A stretch of DNA of 64,000 bases, taken from the NCBI GenBank assembly GCA_964016885.1, contig OZ024740.1:205778001-205842000 (forward strand). Direction: 5' to 3'. Source of the stretch: Eledone cirrhosa (lineage: Eukaryota). This document shows positions 25,284-37,354 of the stretch, piece by piece; the stretch's first letter is position 1, and every line of letters begins with the position of its first letter. The translations under genes were made by a program, and so were the position numbers. The notes beneath the pieces were generated by a model. The model saw only the letters and a program-made list of their open reading frames with translations, ran no database searches and was not told the DNA's origin.

Positions 25284-26467
25284 ATATAAGTTAAAACAAT
25301 GAAATAAAAAATTAAGTCATTAGAAATATAATTCACTGCTTTACGATCGTTTCTAGGTGATGATAATACATCGTAACTATACTTCGATATCGATCTATGT
25401 AAGGTTAGTTACAAAATATCAGATAAAGAGAATATTTACTTACATGCATATCACCAGCTGTTGTCAAAAGCAATAATAATTTTATTCAAAATTAGTAGTA
25501 AATTAGTATTATGTTTAGTTCTATGACCTTGTTTGGAGGTAGTTGAAGAACAAACCAATCAGATTGTTTTATTCCATATGAATTTAAAATGAAAAATAAT
25601 TCTCTTTAGTTGAGGTCATGACCCTTTGAAAGGAATGGTTGAATGGTGTTAATAACAGAATTGCCATAAAAAATCTATTAGGAAAAAGGGGATTGTCATA
25701 TTGATAGTTGAATGTATCTGGTATAGTGAAGTTTAAAAGGAATGTAAAAATTAAATGATGATTAGTGTTGTATGGAGTTTTTAGGTGAATATAAATTAAG
25801 GTCATGACCAGGAAAGATAGTATATTAAAAGATGAAAATTATAATAAGATAATGAAATATAGTAATACAATAATATAATATAATTGTTTCTACATTTGGC
25901 ACAAGGCCAGCAATAACCCAGTACATTACTGGTACTTTATTTTATCGACCCCGTAAGGATGAAAGGCAAAGTTTACCTCGGCGGGATTTGAACTCAGAAT
26001 GGCAAGGGTCGTAACTCTATGCATCAAAGCATGGCGTCCAACCCTCTGCCGATACTGCCAATTCACCGCCCTAATATAATATAATGTAACACAATATAGT
26101 ACGGTGTGGTACATTGTACTTAGTATAATACAGCGTATGATACGCCTTAAAATACCTTCAAGTATGTTTATGTATAAATAATCAAACTCAGATAAATACA
26201 TGTTGGCATAGTCAAAACGCATAAATTTCATAGATCACAAAGTGCATATACCCACATTATAGATAGAGTTATAGTTATATTGATACTCAATTAAAAACAT
26301 ACATACACATAAATAGATGCAAATATATACATACATCTACACATGTGCATACAATCATATACACATATATCTATATATATATATACATTTACATATACAC
26401 ACCTATACACATATATATCTATATGTATGTACACACACATATATGTACACACACACATATAAACACT

Positions 26468-26545
<78 letters not shown>

Positions 26546-29500
26546 TACATAGATACATATTTACTCATGCAATTACGGGTGGTTGTGTACCTTGTTGCCC
26601 TTAGTCATTAACGCATAAATCTAAGGAAGCTAAACAATTAAAAGGTAAGAAATAAGCATGAATGCGTATAATTAGGGGCAAGGGATACTAACAAATGTTA
26701 CGCTACTCAGAATTATATTGAGTTGCTATTTAGAATATTTAATTAGGTTTATAGTATTTAAATGTTCTTCGTATACGGTGATTACAAACTATGATCAGTT
26801 CCTGTCTTTTATTCAATAAATCGTCCTTAGATTTAGTAATTTCCAAGATCTCCCCTGAACATAACCTGCATTCTCTCCTGTTCCCAAGATATGGAGTTCT
26901 TTGTAGAATGGTGTTCCACGATAGCTTGAAATCTATTTTTTTCTTTTTATAGTTATTTACCGCTTCAGCTAAAGATGTGGTGTTAGCTAGTTTAGTATTG
27001 TTGAAACTACTAGAGTGTGCGTAAAATCTTTTCTTAAATGTGTTTGATGTAGATCCTATATATGTTTTGTTGGAGTCTGTAGTAGACACACTGCATTTAT
27101 ATATTACATTATTAATCAAACAGTTGCCATTTAAGGGGCAAATGCTTCTATTTCTGCAATTACAACCATATGTAAGATGGTTGTTGGGGGTTGCTTATAC
27201 TATTCTCATTAATCCTTGAGCTATTCCTATTGTAATTCATGATAGCAGGAGAATGAAGGTTGCTTTGTGGGTGGTTTAGTGCTAGGGTTGTATTGTGACT
27301 TTGTGTTCTGTTGTTTTTGTGTTAGTGATTTGGGTGGTTGTGTTTTCCAGTTTGAAGGATTGTATTATTTGTCCTTTTAAAAGGTGCAGTCCTATTTAAA
27401 TTATGTCGTGGTGGTGTGGTCATATTATTTTTAATTTTATAAATGTTGTAGTTGCTTATTTTTTGCTGGAGATTGTTTGATGTAGAGTATGAGAATTTAA
27501 CAGTATATCTGTTAAATATTTGGTGGTATCTGTGGTTTGGTGGAAAATGTTTATGTAGAATTTCGAAGAATTTTTGGGGATTTGTCCAATAGTTTGCAGG
27601 TTGAAGGGTGCGTTGTACCATGTTATGTTTCTTTTGCGGTTTTTAGTTAAGCTCTTATTCCCACTTATATTAATGTGCTGTGTTCTAGAAGAGTTCTTAT
27701 GGTTAGTATTCGTATTTGTGGAATTTGGTAAACTACTGTGGTTGTATTTGGTTTTATTATTGGGTAGATTATGAGATTTTGAATGCTTGGTATTCATATG
27801 TGAGTTGATAATATTGGTCATAGATCGTGTAGTAATAGTTGTTGTGGTTTTTCGGTTGTTTGGTGTAATAGGAATAATCCCTTTAGGTATTTGTTTCAAT
27901 GGTATATTTTGGTGTTTGTAGTTTTTGCTAGGTTTTATGTTTTGGTCCATAGTAGTGTTGGGGATATATGAGATTGTTTTCTTTATATCCACTTCTAGTT
28001 AAGGTCTCGTTGTAGAAGGGTGCATTATTATAAAATATATCTTCATTGGAAGATAATTTAGAAAGTCTAAGAGATATGTTATATACTAAGTTTTTGAGTA
28101 TAGAGCCAGGGTGGTTAGAGCGTGAATGTACATAGTGTAGATTCTGGTTGGGTTTGTGGTAAGGTTGATAAATATTCGTAGAGAGGTCTAAGGTAACGTC
28201 AAGGAAATTAGCTACTTTTGAAGTGTTTTCAAAGGTGATGTTAAGGTTGTAGTAGTCCTTGAGGAATTTTTTAATTTGTTTTTTTTGTTTTTCTCTATAT
28301 TGGAATTGCTAAGATTGTTAGATAACAATAGACAATCATCTCGATAAAGACCACCATTGAGGTGGGGAAAAGAAGAATGAATATTATAGAGAAGAAATAG
28401 TCAACGAGGTTTGTAAGTTGAGCAGAGTCCATGGATCCCATCGTAATATCGAATAAGTTGTTATATGTGTTTCTTGTCCAGTGTTCTTCTTGGAAGTTTA
28501 ATAAGGTTTTTCTAGCGTGAGTTATGGTATTGATTTCTTCAGTAGATAAATCCGATCTATTTCTGGCGAAGATCAGTGCTTTGTTTAAAAGAATTGGAGA
28601 AATCGAAGAATAGTAAGAATCGATGTCGAATTGAATGAATGAAGCTGAGTTTTTATTCTCGATGCTAGTGAACCATTCAATAACTTGGGAAGTGTTATCC
28701 CATAATGGAAGTGTTACAAATTTTCTAATTTGCGGAATGATTCGATCAATAATTTTCTTGCTGATATTACAGATATCAGATTTTGATGGGCATATCAGTC
28801 TAATAGATGGGTTCGAATTAAAGTCAGATTTATGGTCCTTCAGGTTGAAGTGCGGGATTTTAGGCGTGAAAGGCTCAGTCCTATCTTCAATATTAAGTTT
28901 TTTTTACTATATCACATGATATGTTGTTCAATGATGTCAGTGTGGTGGTATTTGCTTTCTTATAGTTTTTTCTAAGTTCTTTATATATGAACTGGTTATA
29001 TTTATCGATATCCATATGGTACAGATTACCAGTTTTATCAGAATAGACATGGACCTTGTTTGAATTTTTCAGTTGTAGAAGGGTAGAGTCTAATCCCTTT
29101 TGGAATTCAGATTTGTGTTTTCTGAACTTTATGTTTTTAATCATGTTCAGTAGGGTGCTCTCGACATTTTCAAGTTGAATATTATGAGGATTTTTGTATG
29201 TTTTAAATTCATAGCGGTACTTCATTTCGTTTGTATTGGTTTTGTTGTCAAAATGATAGGCCCTCCATCGCATTCTCCTAATAAATTGGTTAGTTTTTTG
29301 TATGAGCAAGAGTAGATATTCATCTATACACATTCAACTATCAATTTGACAATCCCTTTCTTCCTAATAGATTTTTTATGGCAATTCTGTTATTAACAAC
29401 ATTCAACCATTCCTTTCAAAGGGTCATGACCTATATGGAATAAAACAATCTGATTGGTTAGTTCTTCAACTACCTCCAAACAAGGTCATAGAACTAAACA

Positions 29501-29863
29501 TAATACTAATTTACTACTAATTTTGAATAAAATTATTATTGCTTTTGACAACAGCTGGTGATATGCATGTAAGTAAATATTCTCTTTATCTGATATTTTG
29601 TAACTAACCTTACATAGATCGATATCGAAGTATAGTTACGATGTATTATCATCACCTAGAAACGATCGTAAAGCAGTGAAGTATATTTCTAATGACTTGA
29701 TTTTTTATTTCATTGTTTTAACTTATATCATGACTCTGTTTTCCTTTTAATGTTTTATTGTTTTCCGGGATTTATTTTAACCTACAACATTTTCAACATA
29801 TAGATTACATTGAGTTCTTCATGCAGACTAGACCCCACAACTTACCGTGGATATCTCTGTGTG
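25284..29863 (-). mobile_element. Penelope-like retroelement with inverted pLTRs (25284-25718 vs 29330-29728), degenerate
   Basis: Minus-strand ORF pieces: IRRMRWRAYHF (28893-29333); RT with FDIDSYY, GLYRDD and NFLDVTLD; KRNITWYNAPF; CNC..CPLNGNC plus GIY-YIG (VIYKC..YIG, 26739-27160). The terminal regions are inverted copies. Confidence 0.9.
26739..27119 (-). pseudogene. GIY-YIG endonuclease domain of the Penelope element
   Basis: NVIYKC...TYIGST.NTFKKRFYAH..SF...CRLC..E...LLNKRQEL...CNH. Confidence 0.88.
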
Positions 29864-30035
29864 TATAATTATATATTCGTGTACAGATATTTTTACATAC
29901 ACAATAACAAAATATAAACAAACGTATTTATTTCACGAGGCTCGATAAGGATAAATATATATCAAATATATAAGAACCGTAGAGCAAATCCCGAGCAACG
30001 CCGGGCCATTCTGCTAGTATACATATATATACATA

Positions 30036-32717
30036 TTGCAAACAACCACAATGACAGAGGACGGAGACATCGTTATGCTAGCAGGAGACTTCAATGGTCA
30101 TGTTGGACAGCTCCAGGATGGTTACACTGGGGTACATGGTGGGCACGGTTACGGTTCAAGAAATGAAGAAGGAGTGAGACTTCTTGAATTTTGTGATGCA
30201 AGTACATTGACTATTTGCAACACAAACTTCCAGAAACCTGCCAATCACCTAATAACCTACAAATCTGGTGAGCACATAAGCCAGATTGACTTCCTGCTAG
30301 TTAGGCAGCGGGACAGGCAGATAGTGTCTAATACCAAGGCATACCCTGGGGAAGAATGTACCCCACAGCATAGGTTAGTTGTTAGTGATATCTCAGTAAG
30401 CAAGAGATGGAATGAGACATATAGGAAGGTGTGGAGAAGAAAGGTCTGGAAGCTAAAAGACCTTTCACTAAAATTCAAATTTAGGAAAGCCCTTCAAGAT
30501 GTATATGACGAAAAAGAAGACGATTTAGAGACGTATGACATAGATAATAACTGGAAGTTCTTACGTGACAACTTGCTGAAGGCTACTGATGAAACCTGTG
30601 GCTGGAGCAGAGCTCCAACCAGACAGAGAGTGACCTGGTGGTGGAACAGCAGTGTAGATAAGGCTATTAGAGACAAAAGACTAGCATGGAAGGCTTGGAA
30701 TAAGGGTGGGAGTAGGGAAGAATATACAGCCACTAAGAGAGAAGCTAGACGTCAGGTGTACTTAGCACGCAGGGAGGCAGAGAGTAGGAGGTTTGCCAAT
30801 GTTCTGCGACGGGAAGATCAGAGGCGTGCGGTGTTCCACATTGCAAGGCAGTGTGTCAATGCAAATCAGGATGTTGTTGGTGATAAATGTGTCCGGGATG
30901 ATGCCGGTGTACTTAGTGTCACGAATGACCAGAAAAAGGAGGCCTGGAAATGTCATTATGAGAGTCTGATGAATGTGGAGAACGAATGGGAGAGAGAGAA
31001 ATTACCCTTGGTAGATCCGACAGAGGGACCAGCTATTGAGATTGACGAATATAGGGTCCAAGAGGCGATTAGGGAAATGAAAAATGGTAAGGCGGCCGGA
31101 CCATCGGGAATAGTTGCTGAGATGCTGAAGGCATCAGGGGACGTAGGCACTAAACTGGTTGCACGCATAATCAATCAGGCTATATATGGTGGTGTCATAC
31201 CCAAAGACTGGTGCAGCAGTATTCTCATAAATTGCTACAAAGGTAAAGGGGATGCTTTGGAGAGGAGCAATTATAGGGGTATAAAACTGATAGATCAGGT
31301 TATGAAAGTGGCAGAAAGGATTCTAGCACAACTAATTAGAGAAAGGGTCAAACTAGATGAGATGCAGTTTGGTTTTGTGCCTGGGAAGAGTACAACAGAT
31401 GCCCTCTTCTTGGTGAGACAAATGCAAGAGAGGTTCTTAGAGAAGAATAAGCCACTATACTTAGCCTTTGTTGACCTAGAGAAGGCCTTTGATAGGGTAC
31501 CCCGATCTGTCATCTGGTGGTCCCTAAGGAAGCTGGGTGTTGAGGAATGGCTTGTAAGGACAGTGCAAACTTTGTACAGAGGTACTCTCAGTAAAGTCAG
31601 GGTAGGAATGGAGTTTAGTGAGGAATTCCAGATACAAGTAGGAGTACATCAGGGTTCGGTCCTCAGCCCGCTCTTGTTCATTATAGTCCTCCAAGCCATA
31701 ACAGAGGAGTTTAAGACTGGCTGTCCATGGGAACTTCTCTATGCTGACGATCTGGCTCTTATGGCAGAATCAGTAGAGGAGCTAGAGAATAAATTCCGGC
31801 TATGGAAACAGCAGTTGGAAGCAAGAGGACTGAGAGTAAATCTAGCTAAGACAAAAGTGTTGATGAGTAGAAAAGAGGACAAAACCCTGATTCCGTCAGG
31901 GAAATGGCCATGTTCGATATGCAGAAAAGGAACTGGCATAAATTCTATAAAATGCACACAATGTAGGTCCTGGGTACACAAGAGATGTAGCGGGATAGCA
32001 GGCAAACTAACAGGTAGGGAGAAATATGTATGCAGTAGATGTACAGGGAAATTAGACAGTAGAAGTCGCACTGATAGACACATTTTTCAAATGCGAGAGG
32101 GCGCTATAGAAGTGGTGGATAGCTTCCGGTACCTAGGAGATCAGATTAGCATGGGAGGGGGGTGTTCCGAGGCCATAGTATCTAGAATAAGGACGGGTTG
32201 GAAGAAGTTTAGGGAGCTGCTTCCTCTGTTGACGAAGAAGGGTTTCTCCCTGCGTACGAAAGGCCGGTTGTATGATGCCTGTGTGAGGAGCGCGATGCTG
32301 CATGGTAGTGAGACATGGGCAGCTACCGCAGAAGATATGCGACGGCTGGAGAGAAATGAGGCAAGCATGCTCCGTTGGATGTGCAGTGTAAATGTGCGTG
32401 AACGACCCAGCATAAATGTGTTGAGAGAGAAACTGTGTCTGAGAGGGATAGAATGTAGTGTACGGGAGAGGAGACTGAGGTGGTATGGACATGTGATGCG
32501 CATGGAGGATGACCGATGGGTGAAGAAGTGCCAGGAAATGCCAGTTGAAGGAAGACGTGGTAGAGGTAGACCACGAAAAACATGGGCGGAGGTGGTGAGA
32601 ACAGACCTCAGATCATTGAAGCTCACGGTGGAGATGACGAGGGACCGTGACGAGTGGAGAGATGCTGTGCTGAATAAGACCCGTCCCACCCTTGCAAGCA
32701 GGGAAAAGCGGACGTAA
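30036..32717 (+). CDS. RTE LINE ORF (C-terminal half of APE, RT, PHD-like finger), uninterrupted for 893 codons, 5'-truncated
   Basis: AGDFNGH, QIDF, QHRLV, LYADD, CSIC..CTQC..WVHKRC..CSRC, RGRPRKTW. A (GAT)n tail follows the stop. The element starts at ~30038 in a TA-rich tract, so the listed start codon is not the real one. Confidence 0.93.
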   Translation: MQTTTMTEDGDIVMLAGDFNGHVGQLQDGYTGVHGGHGYGSRNEEGVRLLEFCDASTLTICNTNFQKPANHLITYKSGEHISQIDFLLVRQRDRQIVSNTKAYPGEECTPQHRLVVSDISVSKRWNETYRKVWRRKVWKLKDLSLKFKFRKALQDVYDEKEDDLETYDIDNNWKFLRDNLLKATDETCGWSRAPTRQRVTWWWNSSVDKAIRDKRLAWKAWNKGGSREEYTATKREARRQVYLARREAESRRFANVLRREDQRRAVFHIARQCVNANQDVVGDKCVRDDAGVLSVTNDQKKEAWKCHYESLMNVENEWEREKLPLVDPTEGPAIEIDEYRVQEAIREMKNGKAAGPSGIVAEMLKASGDVGTKLVARIINQAIYGGVIPKDWCSSILINCYKGKGDALERSNYRGIKLIDQVMKVAERILAQLIRERVKLDEMQFGFVPGKSTTDALFLVRQMQERFLEKNKPLYLAFVDLEKAFDRVPRSVIWWSLRKLGVEEWLVRTVQTLYRGTLSKVRVGMEFSEEFQIQVGVHQGSVLSPLLFIIVLQAITEEFKTGCPWELLYADDLALMAESVEELENKFRLWKQQLEARGLRVNLAKTKVLMSRKEDKTLIPSGKWPCSICRKGTGINSIKCTQCRSWVHKRCSGIAGKLTGREKYVCSRCTGKLDSRSRTDRHIFQMREGAIEVVDSFRYLGDQISMGGGCSEAIVSRIRTGWKKFRELLPLLTKKGFSLRTKGRLYDACVRSAMLHGSETWAATAEDMRRLERNEASMLRWMCSVNVRERPSINVLREKLCLRGIECSVRERRLRWYGHVMRMEDDRWVKKCQEMPVEGRRGRGRPRKTWAEVVRTDLRSLKLTVEMTRDRDEWRDAVLNKTRPTLASREKRT

Positions 32718-32769
32718 AATGATGATGATGATAAATGATGATATATATAGATATATATAATATTGAAAC

Positions 32770-32873
32770 GGCTTCTACAGGACTAGAACTATTTCATTCA
32801 AAGGAAATTATCAAGAAAGCTTCCTGGTGATTTCCTTCGAATGAAACAATTCTAGTCCTGTAGAAGCCATTTC
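32770..32873. ncRNA. Head-to-head pair of family A hammerhead motifs (degenerate - copy; + copy at 32819-32867 with CUGGUGA core)
   Basis: + copy: GCTTC CTGGTGA TTTCCTTCGAAT GAAA CAATTCTAGTCCTG TA GAAGC. The left half is its diverged reverse complement. Confidence 0.6.
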
Positions 32874-32936
32874 TATATTATATATATAATATATATATAT
32901 ACATATATGTATATATATATATATTAATATAGATGA

Positions 32937-32984
32937 GATTCTACAGGACTAGAATTGTTTCATTCTTTAGAAATCATCAGGATG
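32937..32984 (-). ncRNA. Family A hammerhead motif with truncated stem I
   Basis: On -: TC CTGATGA T-TTC-TAAA-GAA-T GAAA CAATTCTAGTCCTG TA GA. Confidence 0.55.
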
Positions 32985-32988
32985 TATA

Positions 32989-33022
<34 letters not shown>

Positions 33023-33248
33023 CCAGGGGGAAAAAAATACTGGTCCCCCCCCCACACACACATATACACACACACATACACACGCATACATCAACATACA
33101 AAGAGACTTATATACACACACACACACACACACGCGCACTTCTCCGTATAAGACAAAAGCTGAAAAATATCTTTTGACATGCTAAAATCCCCCCATTGCT
33201 TTCAGACACATTCTTACTGACCACCCCTGCCACCACGAATTACTCTGC

Positions 33249-33317
<69 letters not shown>

Positions 33318-33386
33318 ATCTCAATAGCCATTTGACACACATCGCTGCTAACCATTATCACAACATCGAACACCTTACTACTACTA

Positions 33387-33428
<42 letters not shown>

Positions 33429-33452
33429 TTGTTGTGAAAGAGTCATTTCTCA

Positions 33453-33683
33453 ATCTTGGCGCAAAACCAATTTTTTATTCACATGACCTCTACCGACCAA
33501 TCAAAATTGTTTTGACCACAAGAATTGTTGCTGGAGCCACTTTTTTAACATAAAAACAGTCTTGGCGCAAAATCAATTTTTTACACTCACATGACCTCTA
33601 CCGACCAATCAAAATTGTTTTGACCACAAGAAATTTTGCAACACCAAAGTAACGCTGGAGCCACTTTTTTAACATAAAAACAG
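33453..33683. repeat. ~110-bp tandem duplication
   Basis: TCTTGGCGCAAAA...TTTTTTAACATAAAAACAG occurs twice. Confidence 0.85.
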
Positions 33684-33899
33684 GTAGAATTCCCAAAACT
33701 AATCAGATCAGAGCAAACAGCACGGACACTCTATCTAAAAATTATTTTTGAAAAGCATTTAGAAATGCGCAACCGGTAAAAACTTAAAAACTTAAAACCA
33801 CAACTGAATACTAACCCATACAATCACTAATACTCTTTTATTCCTAATTAAACCATTTTTCAACTGTGAACAATTTGTCAGCATTTTCTATTCCGTTTA

Positions 33900-33934
<35 letters not shown>

Positions 33935-34011
33935 CTATATTAAATATTGTATATATTCTACTAATGTATTGAGTACCTTGCTTAATGTGGTTACCCCCGA
34001 TTGAACCCGGG

Positions 34012-34095
<84 letters not shown>

Positions 34096-34526
34096 GTATC
34101 TTAGTTATATGAGCAAAATAATCTGTCTTATTGATTTTAGCATGATCAACAGGATTGGTGAATTATAAGATTGGTGAGATAAGGTAAAATCAATGGAAAT
34201 ACAGCAGGTTAAAAGCCTGACCAAAACTGTTATTTAGACTACCCCTCTACTAAGCTCTGACTATGTCTAAGCATATATAACCCTATAGTATAGTGTGTGT
34301 ATGTGTGTGTTTGTAGGCATGTGTATATATATATACCTTTAATTAATATATATATATGTATATATATATATTGTTATACTTTGGGAGGGTCATGTTGCCA
34401 ATAAGAAACACACGCACCAGTTGCTTTCACTTCAATTTAATTTATTATATATTTATAAATTTACAAATTTATAAATTTCTGGTTGGTTGGTTGGTTCCAC
34501 AACCAGATAGTTGTTTATATATATAT

Positions 34527-34571
34527 AGTCATAGTTCTTTCGTCACACACTCTGTGACCTCTTCAGTGACT
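34527..34571 (-). ncRNA. Type I hammerhead motif, family C (mirror copy)
   Basis: Exact reverse complement of 34677-34721. Confidence 0.7.
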
Positions 34572-34676
34572 GGGGATTTCTTTCTTCGTTTCTGTGCCTT
34601 TCCTTTCTTCTATCCTACGCCATTTTGGCGTAGGATAGAAGAAAGGAAAGGCACAGAAACGAAGAAAGAAATCCCC

Positions 34677-34721
34677 AGTCACTGAAGAGGTCACAGAGTG
34701 TGTGACGAAAGAACTATGACT
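34677..34721 (+). ncRNA. Type I hammerhead ribozyme motif, family C
   Basis: AGTCA CTGAAGA G-GTCAC-AGAGTGT-GTGAC GAAA GAAC TA TGACT: 5-bp stems I and II and a minimal stem III. Confidence 0.72.
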
Positions 34722-34934
34722 ATATATATATAAACAACTATCTGGTTGTGGAACCAACCAACCAACCAGAAATTTATAAATTTGTAAATTTATAAATATA
34801 TAATAAATTAAATTGAAGTGAAAGCAACTGGTGCGTGTGTTTCTTATTGGCAACATGACCCTCCCAAAGTATAACAATATCGGTTTCAACACACGATTTC
34901 AGATAAAGAATCTTGCTAAACAAATTCAGAAACG

Positions 34935-34994
<60 letters not shown>

Positions 34995-35904
34995 GAAACA
35001 AAACAAACACAGGGACGCAAAGATACACAGTTATATTAGGTTCACTCTTGGAGGATATATATATATAACTATAACTATAAATATATATGTGTGTATATAT
35101 ATATATATCATCACCATCATCATCATCATTTTACGTCCGCTTTTCCCTGCTTGCAAGGACGGGACGGGTCCTATTCAGCACAGCATCTCTCCACTTGTCA
35201 CAGTTCTTTGTTCGTCATATTAATATATTAATATATTAATTAGTCTCTAATAATTAAACATCTCAATGAGAGAAATCTCTCAGAGAAGCAATATTATATA
35301 TTAGAATTAACTGAGAAAGAACTCTAATTATGGGAGTACAAACTAGATTAAATCGACCCCAGTGTATTACTAGAACTTTATTTTATCGACCCCGTAAGGA
35401 TGAAAGGCAAAGTTAACCTCGGTGGGATTTGAACTCAGAATGTAAAGGACCATAATTCTATGGCACAAAGCATATTGTCCGACGCTCTACTGATACTGCC
35501 AAAATGCTATTAATGGTAGTATGGTATAGATAGACTGTTAAAAGATAAAAAAATAAACAGCATTTTATCCTTTAAGTATTGATAGTTATTTTTTATATTT
35601 TATTTACAGCCTATCTGTACCATATCATTAATAGCTGGTTTGACAGTATCGGTAGAGCGTCAGACACTATGCTTTGCAGCATAGGAGTTATGTCCCTTTA
35701 TGTTCTGAGTTCAAATCCCGCCAGATTAATTTTGCCTTTCATCCTTACGGAGTCGATAAAATAAAGTACCAGTAATGCAATGGGGTCGATTTAATTGACT
35801 TTCACCTCCCTCAAAATTGCTGGCCTTGTGACTAAAGTAGAAATCATTATACCATGCTTTGCAGCATAGAGTTATGGCCTGTTATGTTATTAAAGGATAC
35901 TCCC

Positions 35905-36700
35905 TCCGGCATCTGGCCTTGTTATGGTGAGGGGGGGGGGGGGTGCTTGTGTGTTCTGTAAATCCAAGAGAACAATACCGTCTGGAGGTTTGCTCTTGGT
36001 AGGGCCACTCTAAGTAGGTTGGTCTCCTGAGAGGTTCCAGACCAATGGTTACTCCACAGCATGTCGGCTCACCACCATGATGGCAGCCCTATCATCCGAC
36101 TATTCTGTGGAGGGCCAACAACCCACCCAGATGAACCATTACCCTGTTACGAAAGGGTCCAGAAGAAACTGAAGGGCCCAACATCGGAATGGGCCCTGAA
36201 TGCCACCATCAACAAGAAATTGACTTATGCTCCAAAATTCCTGTTGCCTCATGGATTGTCCTGTCAGTCCTTTGCCCTGGGGCAGTCACTCTGCTGTCCT
36301 GAGAGCTATCCCATTATAACATCACTGGCGGTACTCTGTGAGACACACTAGCCTGGCAGTGGCTCATCTGGAGTGGCCCTGAAGACAGGACGGGCCTCTG
36401 TGGCTTGGCACTGGCCATGCCCATGTATATACGCAAGTTACTCACCAACTGGAACCCAGTGAGTGACTGTTTGCTGTCCACCTGTTTTCTCCACCAATGC
36501 AGGAAGATGACTATTGTCGTTGCCTATGTCCCTATAGTCATCTAAGAGGACACTGTCAAGGATAACTGCTATGATCAGCTCCAACAGGTTTTAGGACAAA
36601 TCCCACGCCATGACATCACGTTCATCTGGACAGATGCTAATGCTACCATCTCTTCTTCTGCCAGGTTCCCTCCAACTGACCAATTGCAGACTCAGTCCAT
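35905..36700 (+). mobile_element. Old LINE 5' fragment (RTE-like 5'UTR plus degenerate AP endonuclease)
   Basis: Frameshifted LAVLCETH..., WNPVSD, MTIVVAY.P, YDQLQ, WTDANA motifs. Confidence 0.6.
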
Positions 36701-37194
36701 TGGCACAACCTTTGTTGACCCATCCACCAATCATCATCATTATCATTTTACGTCCGCTTTTCCCTGCTTGCAAGGGTGGGACGGGAACTGATTCTGGCTT
36801 GATTTCTACAGCTGGACGCCCTTCCTAACACCAACCTCATTTACAGTGAGTGCTGGGTACTTTTTGTCCGTGGCACCTCCACGACCACTTTACAGTGTGG
36901 GCTGGGTGCTTTTTTGCCGTGGTACCTCCACGACCACTTTGCAGTGGAATGATAGGGACCCCAGTCCCTATCATCTCATTTCTACAGCTGAGTAAACTGG
37001 AGCAATGTAAAATAAAGTGTCTTGCTCAAGGAAACAACACATCACCCGATCTGAGAATTAAGCTAAAGGTCCACATGATTGCAGAATGCTCAGCCACATA
37101 CATGTTAATTTCACAAGCAGGTTGTCCCATTAATTGAACAGCTGGAACATTCATTGTTGAAACTAAAAGAGTGGCCCAGTCCCCCCTCTCTTTC

Positions 37195-37263
<69 letters not shown>

Positions 37264-37307
37264 ATGTGCATCAGTGTGAGTGTGAGTTTCTGTGTCTGTG
37301 TCTCTGT

Positions 37308-37354
<47 letters not shown>

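Larger units (their letters stand above)
25165..30017 (+). mobile_element. Non-autonomous Helitron (same family, internally deleted) hosting a Penelope insertion
   Basis: 5' end 25165-25270 matches 24007-24107. 3' end 29871-30017 matches 24841-24991, with CCCGAGCAACGCCGGG and CTAG|T. Confidence 0.8.
34368..34880. repeat. Perfect ~510-bp palindrome (3-nt loop at 34623-34625) of a hammerhead-bearing repeat
   Basis: The arms are reverse complements around CGCCA-TTT-TGGCG. A single-arm relative lies at ~42377-42625. Confidence 0.95.

Noticed and set aside
34356-34892. Twin 109-aa ORFs on opposite strands (also 22953-23202)
   Set aside because: A by-product of DNA palindromes, not genes.
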